This document shows, one piece after another, positions 31,738-43,525 of a stretch of 43,525 nucleotides of DNA. The stretch covers positions 1 through 43,525 of the forward strand of contig NIVC01000204.1 in the NCBI GenBank assembly GCA_002269645.1, given 5' to 3'. This DNA is from Macrostomum lignano. Its lineage: Eukaryota. Positions within the stretch are counted from its first letter, which is position 1, and each line of letters begins with the position of its first letter. The notes under the pieces are model-generated. The model did not search any database and had not been told where the DNA came from. It saw only the letters and a program-made list of their open reading frames with translations. Both the position numbers and the translations under genes were made by a program.

Positions 31738-34700
31738 GGCTGGGCAACACGCTGAAGTATCCAGGGATCGTGAATTTTTTACAACAGTAAAAATATAAAT
31801 ATAAAACCACGGCATAGTGATTTTACAAGAATGATATGGTATTCTTTAGTAGACATTTAATCATCCAATTGGTTCAAAATGTAAAATATTATGCGTACTA
31901 TGGCAAAATAAAACTAAAGAAATACATGTAACATAGAAATGACATTCATTTTTTCTTAAACTTTTTTTACAATTATTCAGACATTGAAATTTTAGAATAC
32001 ATTACCTCAGACTATTTGAAGCCCAGAAACACACTTATGTTAATGGCTGAGTCTAGAATAGTTTTAACTAGTTTATGTATTCCAAAACTAGAATTCTGAT
32101 TGATTTAGGTTGCATCAAGTTTACCAGAGATTTGGTTTTAGATGTAGGAAGGAATAAAATTTTAGATGATAAGATACATGTATATTCAGATTAAATGTGT
32201 ATATTTTTAGAATTTAACCACGAAAAATTACCTATACTTAGGAAAGCTGAATATAAAAGCACATGAATTGCCCAAGTGACTATTTTCCTGTTGTGAGTTT
32301 CAGATACTTCAGTGATGTTTTGGCCGCAAATACATTGTTTTTAAACTTACTAGATAATTTTTAAATCTTCAAGCGACCGTTGCCGGCCCACTTAACCTTA
32401 AAAGAATAACTTTTAGAGGGTGAACAAAAATAATTGCAAATATTTTATATCATCACTGAATGTTTATATAACGGTTCAAGTAGGATGCATACTACACAGT
32501 TAGCGACCCTGCAAAGCAGCTTTATAGTATTTTTATGCTTCCAAAGTTCCAACATACTAAAAATTGTTTGTCTGTGTGTGTCTCTTTAATGATAAACTTC
32601 TATATTTAAGCGCAAACAATGCTTAATGCTGATAAATTTTGCTTTCAGTCAGAAAACTTCACTAAAAGCTGTTCATTTTTATTAAATTTCTTATTACTTA
32701 CCGAGTTAAATCGCGAAATATAACTTATATGTAAATTGACCGATTGATTGACTCAGAAATTTAATCGGAACATAAATTCCATGTTAGAAATAAAGGTATA
32801 AACAGACAACATCAAGTTATCTATAATAAACAACTAAAAAAAGATATACAAATGTTTTTACTTCGGTTTGGCTTAAATGATAGCGTGCATTACTCTAGAT
32901 TAGTATTTATTGCTGCTATGTTGTTTTATTACTTAAATTAGTTTTTTTTAAAAAGCCGTTATTTAAAAAAATCGAACCCTCTTTTTTCGATTAAGATCTT
33001 TTTGTGCTAAAAGCAAAAACGCTTAAAGTAGAATGCTCAGATTATATATAAATTACTACAGTGAATTATTGCATGAATCATAATGATTCGTTTGGAAGTT
33101 GCCATGCAGTTGAGTTCGTATGGAAGCGCGCTAGGACTTGAAAAAAATGCATGCAAGGACCATGCACCAGCTGTATATACAGTGTCCCTTGCTTAAACCT
33201 TCTTGGCTTCATAGAAAACTTTTTGCTCAGCGAAAACTTTCTCTGGCTTGTTTGAATTCATTACGCGTATTTAAATACTGTAGATACATTACTCCTGCTG
33301 ATAGTCCCTGTAAATTTTACGCTTTAAATACTAAAATACATGCAGTGCATTTACGCTTCATTCATGATTCACGGTTACTGAACGTTGCTTACTTGCTAAA
33401 TTTGCGCGTAGCGTGATAAATGACCATTAAATTTACGGGAGCGATTAAATTTTTAGGTATATGAACAATTACATGTCAGAAGTCCTTCCAAACCTATTAT
33501 GGAGTAGTGTTTGAAGTACGTGGCATAATATACATATGTATGCAGTCTGTACAGTGCAGCTATATATAATATAATATACATGTATATATGAGTTTATATG
33601 CATCAACGGGTCGTATGCTATTTTTTATAAGTTACATGTATTCTAAATTAACACCGTACCTATACATGTACCTGCAGTATATAATAAACAATTAACTGGA
33701 GAAAAGAAGCAGAGCCACAAAAAATTGATGCGGTAGCACATTTTGGGCCAAAAGCAACAACAGAGACTGCAAATAAATATCATAACCCACGAATGCCAGA
33801 AGCTATTTATTGTATATTAAAATCTCGAATTATTCGAAAAAAATCGAATGCGTTTTTAGTGCAGGACAACTGTAGAGTTTTGAAGCGTTTAATTGTGACA
33901 GTACTTAAAGGTTGACAGGGTAGTGGGGCGGACAAAATATGAATTATGTTACCAAAACAGTTGAGCTAAAAAGTAAGGGTCTAGAAGTGATGAATCAAGC
34001 CTTTAATTAAATATTTGTTAGAGTTTAATTAAATTAGTAAAATTATAGCTCATTCCATTGGTTCGATGATATGGTTTAATCCTGCGCGATTTTGTTATAA
34101 TTTGTTCCAACGAACAAAAAATATTACTTTTTTCGTATATTTTGTTAACTGTTCTAAGATTCACAGACAGTTGTTTCGTAATATTGTATATATTAGCAAA
34201 TAGCAATCAATGCCCTATTAAATCAGAAGTGTGTGCGCAACAAAACCAATTCAAGGTAGCTAACTCCGATCCTATACGTAAAAAAATTAATTGGCGCCGT
34301 GCAAAAAGCATTATTAGTGAGGGCTGAGACAATAACTATTTATCTAACGACAGAGCTGTTTGAAAAGGTAGTTATTTTAGCAAATTGCACATTAAATATA
34401 AATAAAACACAGTATTGTCCGTGACCAAAAATGAATTTCAAAACGCGATCATAATCAACAGAAGATCAATTAATTTGGGGCTCGTTTGAGATCGAAACGG
34501 ATACCGATGCTAGAAAATTAGCAATTAGAAAATTAACTGCGAAGTTTTCAGCACGGATTCAAAAATGAAGTTATTTTGATTTCGGAGAAGGATAATTACA
34601 TATTGAGTTGGTGAAGTGCAAAATATTAATCTCTCACAAAGATGTGATGCTACACCATTTAGCGATCCACTTCCGCGGGGTTTTGTCTTCGTGTGAAGCA

Positions 34701-35133
34701 ATCATTTGAAAGTTAATAATAATAATAAACATATGCATATTTACAACACTTGAATACACGTTGAACACGCCAAAACAACAAACGGAGCTTGCATGGTGCA
34801 TGTCGATAAATTTAAGAATCACGCCAAACCGTGCAGTGATCAGCTATCAAACTCTTCTTTCTCTATAGAGAAGATTATTTCTATCGGTGCATTTAGACAT
34901 GCACAAGAGTAACTTCACTCAGTTTCAGTATCCAATAGTTATTCTCGTGACAGCTTACGAGTAGTGATTATCTGTAACTTTTACTTTTCAAAAATTGTAG
35001 CTCCATATAAATCTTTTTATAGAAACAGATCCGCCACGTCCTGCTACATGTAGTAGTAGATAGACATCGGTCACGAAATTATATGTTAAACTTTGGAGTC
35101 GATATTGCCGCTTGGCAAATACACAGACAAAAT

Positions 35134-40174
<5,041 letters not shown>

Positions 40175-40359
40175 CTGGGGGAAGGCAGCGCGAGCAGCTG
40201 TTTTTTAGGCATTTTGCGGGGCAGAACTTACTGAGGGTGTCTGGTGGCAGGGTCTGATATAGTCATACTGGTTGTCAGGCCATTATGGTAAAGAGTCGTT
40301 AGGTTGCTACAATAGAGAGTGAGGTCATCAAGAAATCCATTTGTCATGGTAATGGATCA

Positions 40360-40585
40360 TCGGAGTATTGGGTCATCGGGGGTATTAGATCATTGGGATA
40401 TTGGGTCATCGGGTATCGAGTCATGGGGTTTTGGGTTCATTAGGATATTGGGTACATCGGGGTATTCGGTCATCGGGGTATTGGGGTCATCGGGTTGCAT
40501 TGGGTCATCGGCTATTGAGTCATCGGAGTATTGGGTCATCGGGTATTGGGTCATCGGTTATAGAGTCATCGGGGTATTATTGGGC
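40360..40585. repeat. Degenerate ~16-bp tandem repeat (GGGTCATCGGGGTATT)
   Basis: About 13 diverged units. Confidence 0.8.
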
Positions 40586-41034
40586 CTCCAGGATCAGGAA
40601 TCCTTAGCAGCAATCACCAGAAAAAAGTGAAATCTCAGAAAAAGTTAAGTAATACAGTTTGATTTCTTTACAAAAGTACAAAAGCATATTATCCCGAATG
40701 ACTAGCAGCTGAAGGGTATTAGAAACGGCACACGTGTGAAATGACAATATATAAAAGCACGCACACGCAGAATCGGTGCCGGGACGGGTGAATAATTAGC
40801 AAAACATACGTTAGAAACAGAAAACGGCAATGTTTATTGAGTCTATTGTTGAATACCGGACATTGGCATCAGATGGCATGTATAGATGGACAGGAATCCC
40901 ATTTTAAGTTTGTTTAGTTACTAATCAAAATATACAGAGCGTAATACCCACTGAAGCAGAGAACGGAATGAAAATGGTATTGGAAGAACTTGGCAAGAAG
41001 GTCAAAAAGGTCCATTCTTGGTGAAGAGTGGGAC

Positions 41035-41695
41035 AAGAAGGCCGCGATGGACGGGACAAGAAGGCCACAAGAAGACCGTGATGGATGGGACAAGAAAGCC
41101 ACAAGAAGGCCGTGATGGACGGGACAAGAAGGCCACAAGAAGGCCGTGATGGACGGGACAAGAAGGCCACAAGAAGACCGTGATGGACGGGACAAGAAGG
41201 CCACAAGAAGGCCGTGATGGAAGGGACAAGAAGGCCACAAGAAGACCATGATGGACGGGACAAGAAGGCCACAAGAAGACCATGATGGACGGGACAAGAA
41301 GACCACAAGAAGGCCATGATGGACGGGACAAGAAGACCACAAGAAGACCGTGATGGACGGGACAAGAAGGCCACAAGAAGACCGTGATGGACGGGACAAG
41401 AAGGCCACAAGAAGACCATGATGGACGGGACAAGAAGACCACAAGAAGGCCGTGATGGACGGGACAAGAAGGCCACAAGAAGACCGTGATGGACGGGACA
41501 AGAAGGCCACAAGAAGGCCGTGATGGACGGGACAAGAAGACCACAAGAAGACCGTGATGGACGGGACAAGAAGGCCACAAGAAGGCCGTGATGGACAAGA
41601 CAAGAAGGCCACAAGAAGACCGGGATGGACGGGACAAGAAGGCCACAAGAAGGCCGTGATGGACGGGACAAGAAGGCCACAAGAAGGCCGTGAAG
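41035..41695. repeat. 34-bp minisatellite (GATGGACGGGACAAGAAGGCCACAAGAAGRCCGT), about 19 copies
   Basis: Read directly. It explains the three long - strand ORFs at 40914-41729. Confidence 0.95.
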
Positions 41696-43525
41696 GATGG
41701 TACAGGAAGGTCTCGTCCTTCATGGCCAAAAGCGAGCCAAGAGTTCAGATATAAAGGAAATCATTAGGATTGAGTATGTAAAACGCATCCTTAGCAGAAC
41801 TCCACCGTGAGCATTTAGTCCATATAAATTTTATATCCCCAAAACTTCGGTGCAGTGGGTTGACACGCACAACATCACACAAAATTGTGGCCCGTTAGTG
41901 ACAAAAATGTACAAAAAAATTACAAAAGATTCGCTGAACTTGACCTACTCAAAATTAGGGAACAGAAGAAGAATGTTAATTGGAGAGCCAGTGTGACTCA
42001 ACTCTTCATTCTCAATTATCAAGGTCTCTCCTGCGCTTCTGTCGCTCGAGACTTGATGGAAGTAGCGATGCTTGAGAGGGACTTTTGTAATAACTTACTG
42101 AAGCATCTCTTATTAAACTACTGCTTAAGAAGATTCTTCATCAACTGGGCACGGATTTGCACCTGGGATAAAATCCCTTGCTTCCTCAGCTCCGTACTTT
42201 TAGGCCACGGAAATATTCATGGAAACGCGACGAGAGTTGGGAATATTGAACGATCTAATGAAGCTCTAACTTTGAACGTTAATTCCTTGTAGAAATTTGT
42301 ATTAGATCCCAGAAATCCCAGAGAGCTCAGTCTCCACCTCGGACTCCCTGACTCATTCTAATGCTAATAGGTTATAGTGACAGAAGCAACTGGAGCCAAG
42401 GCTTTAGGGGCAATCAGCTTTGAAAAACCTGTAAGGCCGTCAGTACAACGGAGGCTAAACATTTTGTCCGCAATTGTTTACCAAATTGGAACCGCTGTCG
42501 GACATCTGCGCGTGCACGGTAAAGTAATATTGTTGTTATTATTAATTATTATTATAAATATTATGACTAATAATATGCTTTGTCGGACCGTAAAGGGCGC
42601 GCAAGAGCTGGCCCAGACTCTGAAAAACACCTGCATGGTTTCCCCAATTAAAAGTAGAAAAATAATCGATAACTGTTTTGCTGCAGTCCTATGGGAGCGA
42701 TAAAAAAGTTTTGGATGCTTTCTATAAGGTCTTATTTTCTGAGCATACACAGCCAGTGCAATGCCTCTCCCTAACCTCCAGCAGCTCCCATGCGGCCAAT
42801 GTTTTGTATTCGCCATTGAAAATGCATGCAGAGAAAATCTATTCGAGGACCACTTGATTGAAAGGGCCTCCGTGCAGGCCTCCTGCATCCTTTCCAGTGC
42901 TCGGCCGCTATCCCGCAGCCTCTCTTTCAGCGGGCGGCCTCGTTAATCCAGCGAGGCACGCGTTGCAGTATGCATAAAGCGTTCTCTCATTTCTTCTCCC
43001 TGCATGGTCTGGCAACGTGTTTTGGATGCAATTTTATTCTCAATAGCTTCTATAGGAGAGAGTTAGCGAGTGAGTTGAATGGGTTTTGGAGCTGCTGCTG
43101 GGACAAGGCTGTGTTCCCATCTAATTCTCCCAGCTAACGTACTTAATGGCCAGGTGAGTTTGGGGCATTAATTTAATTGGATTACAGGTAAGCTGCTTAA
43201 CACACTCGCTCACTCTCTTGTCAGCAAAAGGCCCCTTAAGCGCGTCCTGGCACTCCGTATCCAATGACAACGCGACTACATAAGGTAATGAAACGAAAAT
43301 TTCATAACTGCCAGTCAATCTACATGTACAGCCACAAGGTAGAAACTGCAAACTGCATTTTTGTTAAACAAACAAACGCTGCACACAATGCAGCCGTGCT
43401 GCTATTTGGGTAGCCAGATTTTTAATCAGCTGATAGCTAGCAAATACACTTTCAGTAGATCCGCCTCACATGAGCAAAAAATGAATAGCAAGCCCTCTCT
43501 TTGCAGTCAATCCAATAGTTTGAAG

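Noticed and set aside
31730-33115. RFX X-box upstream of CEP290 (GTCACCATGG at the ATG; GTTGCCATGCAG at about 33099)
   Set aside because: Only half-sites. The second half (RGYAAC) is missing at the required spacing.
40175-43525. Candidate upstream stomatin exons (e.g. 43214-43280 ending DKR|GTGAGC; 40231-40310)
   Set aside because: No expected stomatin motifs (YERAVIFRLG, GPG, DLRT, PPQE). The 5' exons are probably beyond the window.

Overview
Eukaryotic (metazoan invertebrate) genomic DNA with GT-AG introns, GC-rich exons and AT-rich, satellite-laden introns. The style suggests a flatworm such as Macrostomum, but that is inference only. Hand-spliced genes: (1) the GC-rich end of an unidentified + strand exon at the left edge; (2) a complete 10-exon NIPAL2/3-like Mg2+ transporter (+, 8044-15834, about 451 aa); (3) a 2-exon protein with a degenerate EF-hand pair (-, 20483-17420) whose intron holds an antisense, 5'-truncated, frameshifted RTE-like LINE and a small MITE; (4) a 14-exon CEP290 orthologue (-, 31737-22404, about 2327 aa) with a 1-nt frameshift in exon 12; (5) the 3' part of a stomatin/band-7 gene (-, 40174-35134). 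The most striking observation is that the stomatin gene has two tandem 56-nt paralogous exons (ESLDDATDPWGVKVERVEV and NMLDDATDPWGVKVERVEV) that look mutually exclusive. Also present: candidate alternative C-terminal exons in NIPAL (one adds an ExxxLL sorting motif), a foldback/Mutator-type element with a 9-bp TSD, a hAT-Charlie MITE with an 8-bp TSD, two copies of a tRNA-derived SINE, many micro/minisatellites (several with higher-order structure), and two over-represented short motifs (CCATAGACA, TACATGTA). No CRISPR array, rRNA or bona fide tRNA was seen. Most ORFs in the supplied track are repeat-derived or antisense shadows.
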